From Octopus vulgaris (Eukaryota), in NCBI GenBank assembly GCA_951406725.2, contig OX597814.1, positions 199,082,001 to 199,146,000 on the forward strand: DNA of 64,000 nucleotides, given 5' to 3'. Below the pieces are notes generated by a model. That model saw only the letters and a program-made list of their open reading frames with translations, made no database searches and was not told the DNA's origin. The translations under genes were made by a program, and so were the position numbers. Shown piece by piece: positions 51,822 through 64,000 of the stretch. Numbering within the stretch: position 1 is the first letter of the stretch; each line of letters begins with the position of its first letter.

Positions 51822-52600
51822 CGGCAAGCCGGAAGAATCGTTAGCACGCCGGGCGAAATGCTTAGCGGTATTTCGTCTGCCGTTACCTTCTGAGTTCAAA
51901 TTCCGCCGAGATCGACTTTGACTTTCATCCTTTCGAGGTCGATTAACTAAGTACCAGTCACGCACTGGGTCGATGTAATCGACTTAATCCGTTTGTCTGT
52001 CCTTGTTTGTCCTCTCTATGTTTAGCCCCTTGTGGGTAGTAAAGAAATAGGTATTTCGTCTGCGTTACGTTCTGAGTTCAAATTCCGCCGAGGTCAACTT
52101 TGCCTTTCATCCTTTCGGGGTTCATTAAATTAAGTACCAGTTACGCACTGGGGTCGATATAATCGACTTAATCCGTTTGTCTGTCCTTGTTTGTCCTCTC
52201 TGTGTTTGGCCCCTTGTGGGTAGTAAAGAAATAGGTATTTCGTCTGCCGTTACGTTCTGAGTTCAAATTCCGCCGAGGTCAACTTTGCCTTTCATCCTTT
52301 CGGGGTCGATTAAATAAGTACCAGTTACGCACTGGGGTCGATATAATCGACTTAATCCGTTAGTCTGTCCTTGTTTGTCCTCTCTGTGTTTGGCCCCTTG
52401 TGGGTAGTAAAGAAATAGGTATTTCGTCTGCCGTTACGTTCTGAGTTCAAATTCCTCCAAGGTTGACTTTGCCTTTCATTCTTTCGGGGTCGATTAAATA
52501 AGTACCAGTTACGCACTGGGGTCGATATAATCGACTTAATCCGTTAGTCTGTCCTTGTTTGTCCCCTCTATGTTTAGCTCCTTGTGGGTAGTAAAGAAAC
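51822..52600 (+). mobile_element. SINE family B array: one full copy plus three units of about 184 bp
   Basis: Units start at 52050, 52234 and 52418, each at GGTATTTCGTCTG. Confidence 0.92.
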
Positions 52601-52887
52601 ACGTTGCTGCATCATCCTCATTAAATATACTGGGGTCAGTTATTCTGCCTTCTCTCACTCCCACTCCCACTGTGTGTCTTTCAGTCTTCCTCTATTACTC
52701 TCAAATATATCAGCTATGTTCAGGTTTAAGAAAGAGCTAGGACTCCGCTAGGATTCAATGCCCAAGGTACGTCACATTTCAAGACGGCGTCCCTACGACA
52801 CCCCTTTAGAAATGAACATCCAAGGCATGTGTGTGAGCGTGTGTGTGTGTGTTTATATTTTTATGTTGTATGTACATATGCTTGCTG

Positions 52888-52939
52888 TATAAAATACAAA
52901 ACCCTGGATGTAATATAAAATACAAAACCCTGGATGTAA
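52888..52939. repeat. 26 bp perfect tandem duplication
   Basis: TATAAAATACAAAACCCTGGATGTAA x2. Confidence 0.9.
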
Positions 52940-54139
52940 TGCTAAATTAAGTATCATACCTGATATCGAACCATAGCTGTCTGTACTAACGCTTTATCCA
53001 TCGCGCTTATCTTTTTGTGTGTAACGTTTCCTTCCTGATTTTAATAATGTTTACAAATGCAGTAACACACCTTTGTAGTTCTAAAATCGTGAGCATAGCT
53101 ACAAGTAAAGATTATTGAAATTGCATAGGACAAGCTTAAAATGATGAGCTAAATGAGATAACATATTATTTTGCGGTTAATAATTATGTGTAATATCTAA
53201 TTTAATTATGGAATTCTATAGTATCTAAAGACTCCAAGCAACAGTCACTCTCACATTTAAGATCTAGCTTTAGGAAGACAAGAATTAGTTGAATGTATTG
53301 AATTATAGGAATTTATCATCGATTTTTTATTCATTAAAATTGCTGTAAAATGCATTGGAATTCAATAATTCCGAGGATGGGGAAGCAGATTATTATAAGT
53401 TCTGCTGCTAAAGCAGTTTCAATTTACGTATTTCTTTAGAGATAATGGAAGACAAAATACGTCTTATCTTCTGTCCGTATCGTAGATATTCATCGTATAT
53501 ATATCTAGTGGAAATATAAGTACAAAAGAAGTAAAAATTCTTACGTAATAATTTTGATGTTAAATGAATCGCTGGTGTTTTCAATTATCTGGATTCATTT
53601 CAAATTTTCCCAGTGGAGAGATGCTTAAGTAGATAATATTTTATGAATTTGCCAGATGCAACCTCATCCAAACGTTCATCTCATTCAGTAACAAATATAA
53701 TTATATCTGCATATTGCAATCGAATTTTATATCTTTTAAAAAACATTTATCATACCATAACAAATATATTTAGCAGTATATGTTTTTTCATGGCGATTTT
53801 CACCAATCAACTTAATATTCGTACCTCTCAAACATATAACGAAGCAACTTTTTGTGAAGATTTTCTTTTAGCTTTCTTATATAAGATTCTCTTACCTATC
53901 CTACAACACTCATCCACGCAAACATTCTGGTAGTTCATATAAGCTAATTTCTCTGAGATCCGCCAGCACTAAGCCGGCCACTTATGACAAAAAATCTGTT
54001 TCAAATCATCCTCGTCCGAATCAGTGAATACCTGACTTTATCCTCCTCGGCCCATCATTCTACATTCTTTATAGAACCGATGCATATAACTACAAAAGTC
54101 CAAGCAGTTTACCTGCAAATTATGGCAATTCGATGCCTT

Positions 54140-55530
54140 CATACAGCGTTGTTGGGCGCTGGACAGAGGAACTGGTTAACTTGGGTGGGAGTATGGTTTA
54201 GACCACGCCTCCAGATAGAGAAGAACTAGACAGAGGTTTCGTGCAAGGTGACTGCAGTATTCAAGAAGTGGCCAATGTGTTTATCGAATCGGTCCTTACC
54301 TACCGCCTGACCGTAGTGCTCTGTCCGGATTTGTGGTTGATCAGGTCTGAAAGACAGCTCTTTCGCTTTTTGTGGAAGGGCAGGTCGCCACTTGTGAAAC
54401 GCTCTGTCTGTTGTCAAAAGCCGTTAAAGGGAGGTTTGGGGATGCCTTGGTTAATGATGGGCAGGCATGCGTTGAGGTTGAGGCATCTCTGGATTCTCCA
54501 GGATGGTGAACGGGTATGGTCTCCGCTGGCCAGACATATGTTCCCCGACTTCAAAAGTTTTTGCGAACAGGAAGCAGGGTGTTTTCCTAGACCGAGATCG
54601 AGTGAATGGCATAAAGAGTGCCGTAAGGCCCTCCTGCTATTCTGGCGCTCGGGCAATGCCAGCTGTGAGGGTTCTACACGAATTTTATATAATGGTTTGG
54701 TAGAGTCTGAATGTGACGATGATCTGGGGGCGACTCTAGGTCTCGGGTATATTCAACTGGACAGCCTGTTCCATCTTACATTCGGGTTGAGAACGTTGGA
54801 CAACTTCCAAAAGTTCTTGACCTGGCAATGTTACAAAGGCGCCTTGCCCGCTTGGGATAAGCTCGCAAGACATGGTAAGCGTCAGTCTCCGACCTGTCCA
54901 AGATGCGGGGGAGACAGGGAAACCTTCTCCCACGCTATTGTCCAGTGTCCGGAGATATCTGAAATGTGGGTTTATGCTGAACACCTGTTGTCCGTCGAAG
55001 GAAGAGTACGGCTATCGACTCAGTCATTGACCCACTGGAAGTTTTAACAAACGTAGGTAAGAATTGTTTTCTCACGGTTGTAGCAATAGCGAAAGAAGTA
55101 GTAAAGAAGACTAGGATAAAAGGGATTAAGACATGCAACTTTATCTCAGGCCACGATTTACGATAATTTTTTACTTTTCATTTGAAAACGAAGGTGGGGC
55201 TGGAGAAGAGATGTCTGTCGGAGAGTATGTTCAAAAAGAGACGGAAGCATGTTGCACGAGTTTTGTACATGCAAGGAACCGTGTGAATATGCTATAAAAG
55301 AAGGACAAAACAAAAAGGTACCAGCGATAGATCGGGGCTTGTGGGGTCGGAGCGTGGCCTGATCATCGCTACATTTGTGTTGTCTCTGTATAGTTAATTT
55401 CATTCATTTTTTTTATATTTTATATATAATTTTTATATTCTTATTTTATGTAAAATCATAACGTATTCCTGATCCCAATCAGTTGTTTTGTTCATTTCTG
55501 TGTTTGGCCCCATGTGGGCAATAAAGAAAT
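54140..55530 (+). mobile_element. 5'-truncated L1/Tx1-clade LINE ORF2 C-terminus, decayed
   Basis: ORF 54241-55047: LFRFLWKG..PLKGGLGMP and zf-RVT CPRC..ETFSHAIVQCP; 3' UTR and tail follow. Confidence 0.9.
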
Positions 55531-56440
55531 TGGTATTTCGTCTGTCTTTACATTCTGAATTCAAATTCCACCGAGGTCGACTTTGCCTTTCATCCTTTCG
55601 GGGTCGATAAATTAAGTACCAGTTGTTACTGGGTTCAATCTAATCGACTGGCCCCCACCTCCCGCCCAAAATTTCGGGCATTGTGCGTAGAGTAGAAAAG
55701 AGACGTTAGCACGCTGGGCGAAATGCTTTGCGGTATTTCGTCTGCCGCTACGTTCTGAGTTCAAATTCCACCGAGGTCGACTTTATCTTTCATCATTTCG
55801 GGGTCGATAAATTAAGTACCAGTGACGCACTGGGGTCAATATAATCAACTTAATCCGTTTGTCTGTCCTTGTTTGTCCTCTCTGTGTTTAGCCCCTTGTG
55901 AGTAGCAAAGAAATAGGTATTTCGTCTGTCTTTACGTTCTGAGTTCAAATTCCACCGAGGTCGACTTTACCTTTCATCCTTTCGGGGTCGATAAATTAAG
56001 TACCACTTGTTACTGGGTTCAATCTAATCGACTGGCCCCCACCTCCCGCCCAAAATTTCGGGCATTGTGCGTAGAGTAGAAAGAGACGTTAGCACGCTGG
56101 GCGAAATGCTTTGCGGTATTTCGTCTGCCGCTACGTTCTGAGTTCAAATTCCACCGAGGTCGACTTTATCTTTCATCATTTCGGGGTCGATAAATTAAGT
56201 ACCAGTGACGCACTGGGGTCAATATAATCAACTTAATCCGTTTGTCTGTCCTTGTTTGTCCTCTCTGTGTTTAGCCCCTTGTGAGTAGCAAAGAAATAGG
56301 TATTTCGTCTGTCTTTACGTCTGAGTTCAAATGCCGCCGAGGTCGACTTCACTTTTCACTTTTTCGGGGTCGATAAATTAAGTACCAGTTGCGTACTGGT
56401 CTCAATCTAATCGACTGGCCCCCTCCCCCAAAATTTCAAA
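55531..56440 (+). mobile_element. SINE family B composite array with a 384 bp tandem duplication
   Basis: Units start at 55532, 55916 and 56299; two tail types alternate. Confidence 0.9.
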
Positions 56441-56790
56441 GAATAAATTATATATCAGGATAGGGCAATTGATTAATGAGGGGTTGGGAGTGGGATATTA
56501 TGCTTTGCAGTATTTGTTCCAGTTCTGTGCATTCTGCGATCAAATTCTTATATTGCCTACTTAGAACGATGTCTTAATCGTCCTCTCGTTTAGCACCAAG
56601 ACTTGGTTCTTAGAGTCCATTCTACTGCAAGCTTTCGGACTGGGTCTCCGGTTGGTGGATATCTTCCTACTTCCCTCTTTCCTTCTCACAAGTCTCTGCG
56701 ACTTTGTAATGGCCGCTACCTTCTCTCCTGATCACGCTATAAAGTAAATTGCCAAAATGTGTCTGTGTGTCTATGTGTGGGTGTGTGAGA

Positions 56791-56864
<74 letters not shown>

Positions 56865-57331
56865 AAGGGGGAGAATGAGAGCTTTTTTTAATTTTTAGCG
56901 AGCTGGAAAAATATCTTAGATTTCAAATTATTTCCAAATCTAATATGTTCTGAACTACACTACAATAACAACAGCAACTACTACTACTACTACTACGACA
57001 GACAGACAGACAGACAGATAGCGTGATGGATAGGTGTGTTGACAACACTAAGCAGTGATGTTTATAAACGGACAAATGTTACAAAAATATAAATACAATA
57101 AAAAATACAATGTAAAAATAAGAGATATATACTGTATTGTTGTCATGGAGAAAATTTGTCTCCGGTGAGAAATGTTCTCCATGACAAAACAGTGTGAATA
57201 GCTGCCTTACGGGTTCGAACATGCCCCAAGCGTATTTGAACTGGTAACAAATTTGCACATATACGAGCTCTTTTCAGATTTGCGATTTATATTGAAATTG
57301 ATAAAATAAAAGTGAATATTGATAAAATAAA

Positions 57332-58280
57332 AGCGCAGGAGTGGCTCTGTGGTAAGTAGCTTGCTTACCAACCACATGGTTCCGGGTTCAGTCCCTCTGT
57401 GTGGCATCTTGGACAAGTGTCTTCTACTATATCATCGGGCCGACCAAAGCATTATGAGTGGATATGGCAGATCGTCGTATATATATGTATATAATACGAA
57501 ATGGAAAAGGGCGCAAGACATCCGGGCAGTTAGATGATACAAAATGGGACAACTAAACATCCAGATAGATGATACAAAGAAAACAAGGACGGGTCATTCA
57601 AAGTTTTCTTTCCTCAGTCAAGCACCAGATTATCCTCGCAATTTCGGTTGATTATTCTTGAGATTGCCCCAATCTGGCCAGCCCCAAGGAAAAACTAAGT
57701 TAAGAGCATTAGATTCCTTGGAAGAAAGCATCGAATGTATACAAAAAAAAAAAACAAAGGACGGAAAAAACGGACAATGTTACAAAAATATAAAAACAAT
57801 AAAAAATACAATGAAAATAACAGATATATATATGTTTGTGTGCTTGTACCTCCATCATTACTTGACAACTAATAGTGTATCAAGACGGCGAGCTGGCAGA
57901 AACGTTAGCACGCCGGGCGAAATGCGTAGCCGTATTTCGTCTGCCGTTACGTTCTGAGTTCAAATTCCGCCGAGGCCTACTTTGCCTTTCATCCTTTCGG
58001 TGTCGATAAGTTAAGTACCAGTTACGCACTGGGGTCGATGTAATCGACTTAATCCGTTTGTCTGCCCTTGTTTGTTCCCTCTGTGTTTAGCTCCTTGTGG
58101 GTAATAAAGAAACAGACAACTAATGGTGTGTTTACGTCCCCGTAAACTAGAGGTTCGGCAAAGTTGACCGATAGAATAAGTTGTAGGTTTACAAAAGTTA
58201 AGTACTGGGGTCGATTCGTTCGACTAAAGGTAATGCTCCAGCATGACCACAGTCAAATGACTGTAATCAGTAAAAGAAAA
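57332..58280 (+). mobile_element. SINE family A split by a TA-embedded insert (57490-57820) and a SINE B (57885-58112)
   Basis: Head at 57332-57480; body resumes at about 57830 and about 58115. Confidence 0.8.
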
Positions 58281-58372
58281 TCCACTATCACGGAAAGCTA
58301 TGCAATGTGTAGAAAATATCCTATATCGTATAATTACAGGGTAAGTTTACTATATTCAACAGCAGTCTTTCA

Positions 58373-58808
58373 GGATCTTTTCGGTTTGAACGGCAGTTAT
58401 TAACATAATTTCTAGCTAACTAAAACATTTTAAACTTCGTGTACTGGTAGAATGTGTTTATAAAACATCTTTTTCTCTTGGCTTTATTGAGAACATTCTA
58501 TAGTTTGTAAGGTATTTGTTGTTTTTTTTCTTCAATTTCTGCAATTTCAACCAATCAATGACGTGTACTGAGGTAAAAAAAACATTCTCTGCCATATGAA
58601 TATGTCCCTCGTTTAAGAAACAGATTGGGTTTATTTACGTTTCTGAAGAAAAAACATATACCCTTCCCCCCACCCCTAACCCTTACCCTAACTAAACCTA
58701 ACCCTAAAATAGATTGAAATGCAATAGATCGATACTAGGGTCATAATTATGGGTGACAATTTCATATGACACCGCTAGACAAAACTGCCGTTCAAACCGA
58801 AAAGATCC
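58373..58808. mobile_element. Merlin-like MITE, second copy, opposite orientation
   Basis: Same TIR; TSD GTCTTTCA/ATCTTTCG (6/8); internal CCCTAA repeats. Confidence 0.85.
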
Positions 58809-59320
58809 ATCTTTCGAGCTACAGCGGCTGTGTAAATAATCTTTCTTTGATTATAAAACAAGATTGGTTTTTCAGCGATTGTAAATATATTAATATTTTC
58901 CTTGCAAATTATGCTAAGCTGATAATTCTGTTATTTGCAATTAATCAAATTTCTATAAGGAAAACAAAATTTCACAAAGCAAGTCTAACAGAACATCTAT
59001 TCTCTACGCTAATGGAATGTTCTGAATTTCGTGAGTAGACCTGACAGCACCTGACATCGTTCTAATACAACTAAATCGAAAGGTTAAATATTTCAATTGG
59101 CTTATTATATTTATTCTGTATCGAATTGTTTGAACAATATCGCCGTTGGGTACAGATTTCTAACGAGCTAATTACTTCACGTTCGCAGCATTTACAATGG
59201 CGGGAGGGGGGTGTAACAAGGGTTTGTAATAACTCCAGTGAACCAAATAACACAAGGATTTTCGTTGAAAAGCATCAGTTCATCAAATTTCTTGCCATTA
59301 TTTACATGTTTCCGGCGAAA

Positions 59321-59365
<45 letters not shown>

Positions 59366-59483
59366 TGGCCTACTCGCTTAGCCAGCGGGGTGGCGTCATT
59401 TGAAGGCTAAATCAATGCGAAGCGCATTGTGACCAGCGATGTGTAGCAACATCTAATAGCCTGGGCGGTAATGTGATCACGTG

Positions 59484-59538
<55 letters not shown>

Positions 59539-59949
59539 TTGCGTGGCCTAGTGGTTAGAGTAGTGCCCTCACGATCACCAGATCGTGGGTTCGAATCTCG
59601 GACCGAACGACGCGTTGTGTTCTTGAGCAAAACACTCCATTTCACTTTGTTCCAGTCCACACAGCTGTAAATGGGTTACTCTGCAACAGACTAGCCTTCT
59701 GATCAGGGTGGGGATGGGGTATGTATGTATGTCCTGTTCGCCTAGCCAACATCGTGACGTCATTCTAAAGCTCAAGCAATGCAAAGCGTTTTGTAAGCAG
59801 CGATATATAATACTATCTGATAATCTCGTCGATACCGTGAGACAAACAAACAGATAGATGCACAGATGCACAGATGGACGGACGGACGGACGGACGGACG
59901 GACGGATAGATGGATGGATGGAGGGATGGATGGATGGATGGATCGTTCG

Positions 59950-60148
59950 TTCGTTAGCACGCCGGCGGTATTTCGTCTGCCGCTACATTCTCAGTTCAAA
60001 TTCCGCCGAGGACGACTTTGCCTTTCATCCTTTCGGAGTCGGTAAGTTAAGTACCAGTTACGCACTGGAGACGATGTAATCGACTTAATCCCTTTGTCCG
60101 TCCGTGTTTTTCCCCTCTATGTTTGGCTCCTTGTGGGAAATAAAAAAT

Positions 60149-60150
<2 letters not shown>
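59950..60150 (+). mobile_element. SINE family B between (GGAC/GGAT)n and (GATA)n
   Basis: Family match. Confidence 0.85.
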
Positions 60151-60231
<81 letters not shown>

Positions 60232-61362
60232 GGATAAAGAGAGAGAGATAGACTTTTTAATTTTTTTCCCCCGTTGTTGATGTATGCTAATACCTACCTA
60301 AACTATGTTTTACTAAATAGCAAGTAAATGGTTCTACGAAAATTTATTTACTTTCGTATTATAACTACTATAATAATTCTTACTAATCTATCTTCTGCAG
60401 TTTTCATTATCTTGTAGGTTTCCTTTGTTTTTAAGCTTCGTTTCTTATCAATCTCAAGATTTGTGTCCCTTTACACCCTACAAATCACAAACCTTTATTT
60501 TACTCTGGTACAGACGGAATCAATTCTTGTATTAACAGCTTATCCAGAGATAACTATTCGTGTGTGCCTGGCCAACGACGGAAATTCTTACGCGGTCATT
60601 CTACCTTATACAAATAATAGATACGTCATCGTCATAATCACCCTCTATTGTCTTCTAAAGCTGAGAAACACATTTGAAGGTAAATAAAAAGAAGAGATCA
60701 TCAAAGTTTGAACAGCTTTAATCATAGGTCTCTGTCAATCCTGATCTTGGGCGAGATAACAATAAAATATTGTGTGTATATTTTTGAAGGAAAATATACT
60801 TTAGTTTTTATTGAAAGTAAAAATATATCATGACTCCATCTCAATTACTAGTTCTTATAAATGTGCTAAATTTGCTTACTCGTTCGTGAAAATTCTCCGT
60901 TATTATCCTCGATGTCAAAACCGTAATTATTATCTAGATAACAAAACTAGTAATTTCCGAAAATTTGCAATATTTCTTCAATTGTCTATTATTTCCTATA
61001 CGTAAACATTACAAACAATAGCAGTCGCTTTACAAAACTTCGTCTCAAACCTATTTCCTGTCGTCATTGATAGAAGTGTGACTGAAGTTATTGCCCTTCA
61101 TCTCTAATAGTAAAACTGATAGAATTCAGCATTCATTGCCGAACAACCTGCGTTGATGATTGGTTTATAGTGATTAAAGATTTGTGCTGTATATTAGGTC
61201 GCTCTCTCCATCAAATCAACATAGCATGAACAGCTTCATAGTGTACCACACGTCAAATGAAGTGACCACAGAACGGCGTGAAATGAAGTGTTTTGCCCAA
61301 GAACACAATGTCCAGCCTTTCTGGGAATCTAAACTGAGATCTTGTGGTCGTGAGTACAACAT

Positions 61363-61594
61363 TCTTATTTCTTTACTGCCCACAAGGGGCTACACACAGA
61401 GGGGACAAATAAGGACAAACAAACGGATTAAGTCGATTATATCGACCCCAGTGCGTAACTGGTATTTATTTAATCGACCCCGAAAGGATGAAAGGCAAAG
61501 TCGACCTCGGCGGAATTTGAACTCAGAACGTAGCGACAGACGAAATACTGCTAAGCATTTCGCCCGGCGCGCTAACGTTTCTGCTAGCTCGCCG
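61363..61594 (-). mobile_element. SINE family B
   Basis: Family match. Confidence 0.9.
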
Positions 61595-62539
61595 TGAGTG
61601 CAACATTCTTATCACTAGATCAACATATTTTCTGTTTAACGCTTCATAACGCACTTTTCTTGACCCCAGAGAAACTATGGGGCCTCTAAAAGAAGTCACG
61701 TGATTAGTTTCTATTATCCAAAACAGTTTTCTCTAACGCACACTTGTCTTTATTCTAGTTAAACGCTAACTGCACGGACCACGTAGTAATGATCTGTTAA
61801 ATACGAAATTCATTCTTTACTTAGTGCTCAACCGTGCTTTTCCTCTTTTTCGTTGCATTACCAGACTTCGAATCCTTGATAGACTTCCACCTTTGTTTTA
61901 AAATTCCAAAGAAATTGGATTTATCAGAGAAAAGATTGTTCCATTTATTAAATAAGGTTTCCTTATTTCGTTTGTATATGTTTCCTTTTGATAGTGATCA
62001 CGCAGTTTGTAAACTACGTGATCACAATCAAAAGACAAGAAATAGAAATGTAATAAAAGACACTTTAAGAATTTACGTACTTCTATGAATTTATACAATT
62101 CCTTAGTCTGAGAAACTTCGATCAACTCAATTCTTCAGCTATCGTATGCCGTTTGTTGAATACTTTACATTTCAAGATCTAACTGTTATCGAGTAATTCG
62201 ATAAATTTGTGATGTATCGTGGAATAGCATTGATCTTACCATCGTTCATATCACAGTATTGCTATATTAACAGTATCATTATATAAGTTAATTGAGAGGG
62301 AGATGATTTGCACAAAGCAGTGACCGAAATAAAATTTTCCCTGGGTTAAAGATATATTTGTTATGAAGAGAAAAGCCATTAACTTCAATTATGTAATTAT
62401 TGTCAAATAATATTTAAGACAAATAGTCAATTTGAAATTTTTAAAAATGAGTAAAATTTGAAAGAAGGTACACTGTAAGTTGTGAGCCTGGTGTTTGGAA
62501 AGTATTGGGAAAAATTGGACATATTTCAATTATATCAAA

Positions 62540-62730
62540 GACGAGGAGCTGGCAGAATCGTTAGCACGCCAGACAAAATGCTAAGAGTCATTTCGTCCGT
62601 CTCTATGTTCTGAGTTCAAATTCCACCGAAGTCGACTTCGCCTTTCGGGGTCGATAAATTGAACATTGGTACCGATGTAATCGACTAGCCCCCTCCACCA
62701 AATTCGCTTACCTTGTGCCAAAATCTGAAA
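62540..62730 (+). mobile_element. SINE family B, second tail type, diverged
   Basis: Family match. Confidence 0.8.
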
Positions 62731-62938
62731 CCAATATTTCAATCATAGTAGAACTCATCAAAGTATAGTCTTGCCAGAACAAAGAATGGTAGAGAAATTA
62801 CAAGGAAATGTCGCTGAACAAAAAAGTATTAAGAAATATTGCATAAGCGTAAGTGAAGGGTTAACAACCTGTTAATCTTTTTATGTACACACACACACGT
62901 ACACACACACATATGTGTATACATACATACTTACATAT

Positions 62939-62972
<34 letters not shown>

Positions 62973-63469
62973 TTATATATATACACACAATATATATATA
63001 ACAGGCACTAATGCATCCGTATTTACACACACTCACATACATTTATACATACACACACACACACAAAAAAATGCACACACGCATACACACTCTTTCTTTC
63101 TCCCTCTCCCTCTCTCCCTCTCTCTCTCTCTCTCTCCTTTCCTCTGAGTAGACTCGCCAGACACCAAAGGGCAACTAGATTCCTGCCCCGTCAAGCGGTC
63201 CAAGAAATTCTCCTTTCTAATGCATCTAGTATCACTGAAATGCCGATTTTTACTACTAAAACACCATGTGACTCGTCTTCACTAATAGCAGCTCAGTTTC
63301 CAGTAGCTATCTTAGCCATTCAGTAGCTATCTCGGACTTCTTCCAATTCTCCATTCGGTAATCTAAGCCTGAACCAGCTAGCTTTCTGTAAGACGCCTGA
63401 AGACTTTAAGTCGCATGGAGCCGAAAAAAGCTATTTTAAATAGTAGTAATAATAATGATGATGATGATG

Positions 63470-64000
63470 GCTCGCATCATCATCAGTTATTCAAAGACAT
63501 TATGAGATATACAAAGAAAATACCTGATTAGTTGGTAAGAGGTATTACTAACCTACACTCGAAGAATTATGAAACCAAATTTCCCCAAAACTATCGGCCC
63601 ATTACATGTATGAAATTTTAGCATCCATCTTCGTAGAGGAAACATGAAAAATTATGGAACAGAACCATATTTACCCCACTGAACAAAAAGAGTGCCGACG
63701 AGGCTCATATATAGATGTAAAGACCATCCCTTAATCGCATGGTCTTCAGAACTGTCGTAACAAACGCGGAAATCTCAGTTCCGCATGGATTGATTATAGA
63801 AAGGCCTTCGACAGCATACCGCGTTCATGGATCTTGAAATCGCTGGATATTCTTCAGAATATCTCCTGTGATTTCAAACTGCCCGAAGCACAACATGCCA
63901 GTGTGGAATACCGATCTCCAGTTGTACCACTCTAATGGAGTATTGACCACAAGCAATATTGACACCATCTGCGGCATTTTCCAAAGTGACTCATTTTCTC
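63470..64000 (+). mobile_element. Frameshifted RT of an RLE-type (R4/Dong-like) non-LTR retrotransposon, running off the window
   Basis: Manual translation across frameshifts: PQNYRPITCM, EQKECRRGS, NLSSAWIDYRKAFDSIP.SWILKSL, GIFQSDSFS; not present in the ORF track. Confidence 0.85.

Noticed and set aside
51822-52600. Regularly spaced repeats as a CRISPR array
   Set aside because: Whole 184 bp units repeat with no unique spacers; no cas genes; eukaryotic context.
58670-58706. True telomere or chromosome-fusion site
   Set aside because: Only a few imperfect CCCTAA units, inside a MITE.
63390-63440. CTGAAGA..GAAAA as an HHR
   Set aside because: Stems I and III do not pair.

Overview
AT-rich, microsatellite-saturated eukaryotic DNA. 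The SINE repertoire and repeat density suggest a coleoid cephalopod, probably Octopus (inference, no database check). There is no intact protein-coding gene; almost all supplied ORFs are translations of (TA)n/(CA)n/(TACA)n repeats or SINE copies. The window holds about 30 copies of three tRNA-headed SINE families and decayed LINEs (RTE x2, L1/Tx1 x2-3, R4/Dong-like). It also holds a Helitron with a RepHel remnant, two Merlin-like MITEs and several long inverted repeats. The main unexplained signal is about 15 type I hammerhead-ribozyme (HHR) motifs, found by eye: stem I-CUGANGA-stem II-GAAA-palindromic stem III-NUH-stem I. They fall into several unrelated short non-coding families, mostly embedded in (TA)n runs and often arranged as inverted pairs, as expected for non-autonomous Penelope-like elements. 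One family fuses a tRNA-like Pol III head to an HHR inside a TSD-flanked palindrome, and another carries a U3:A8 core covariant. One SINE family shares its 3' tail with the L1/Tx1 LINE and forms tandem arrays that always restart at one site in its own head. Repeat coordinates are read by eye and may be off by a few bases.
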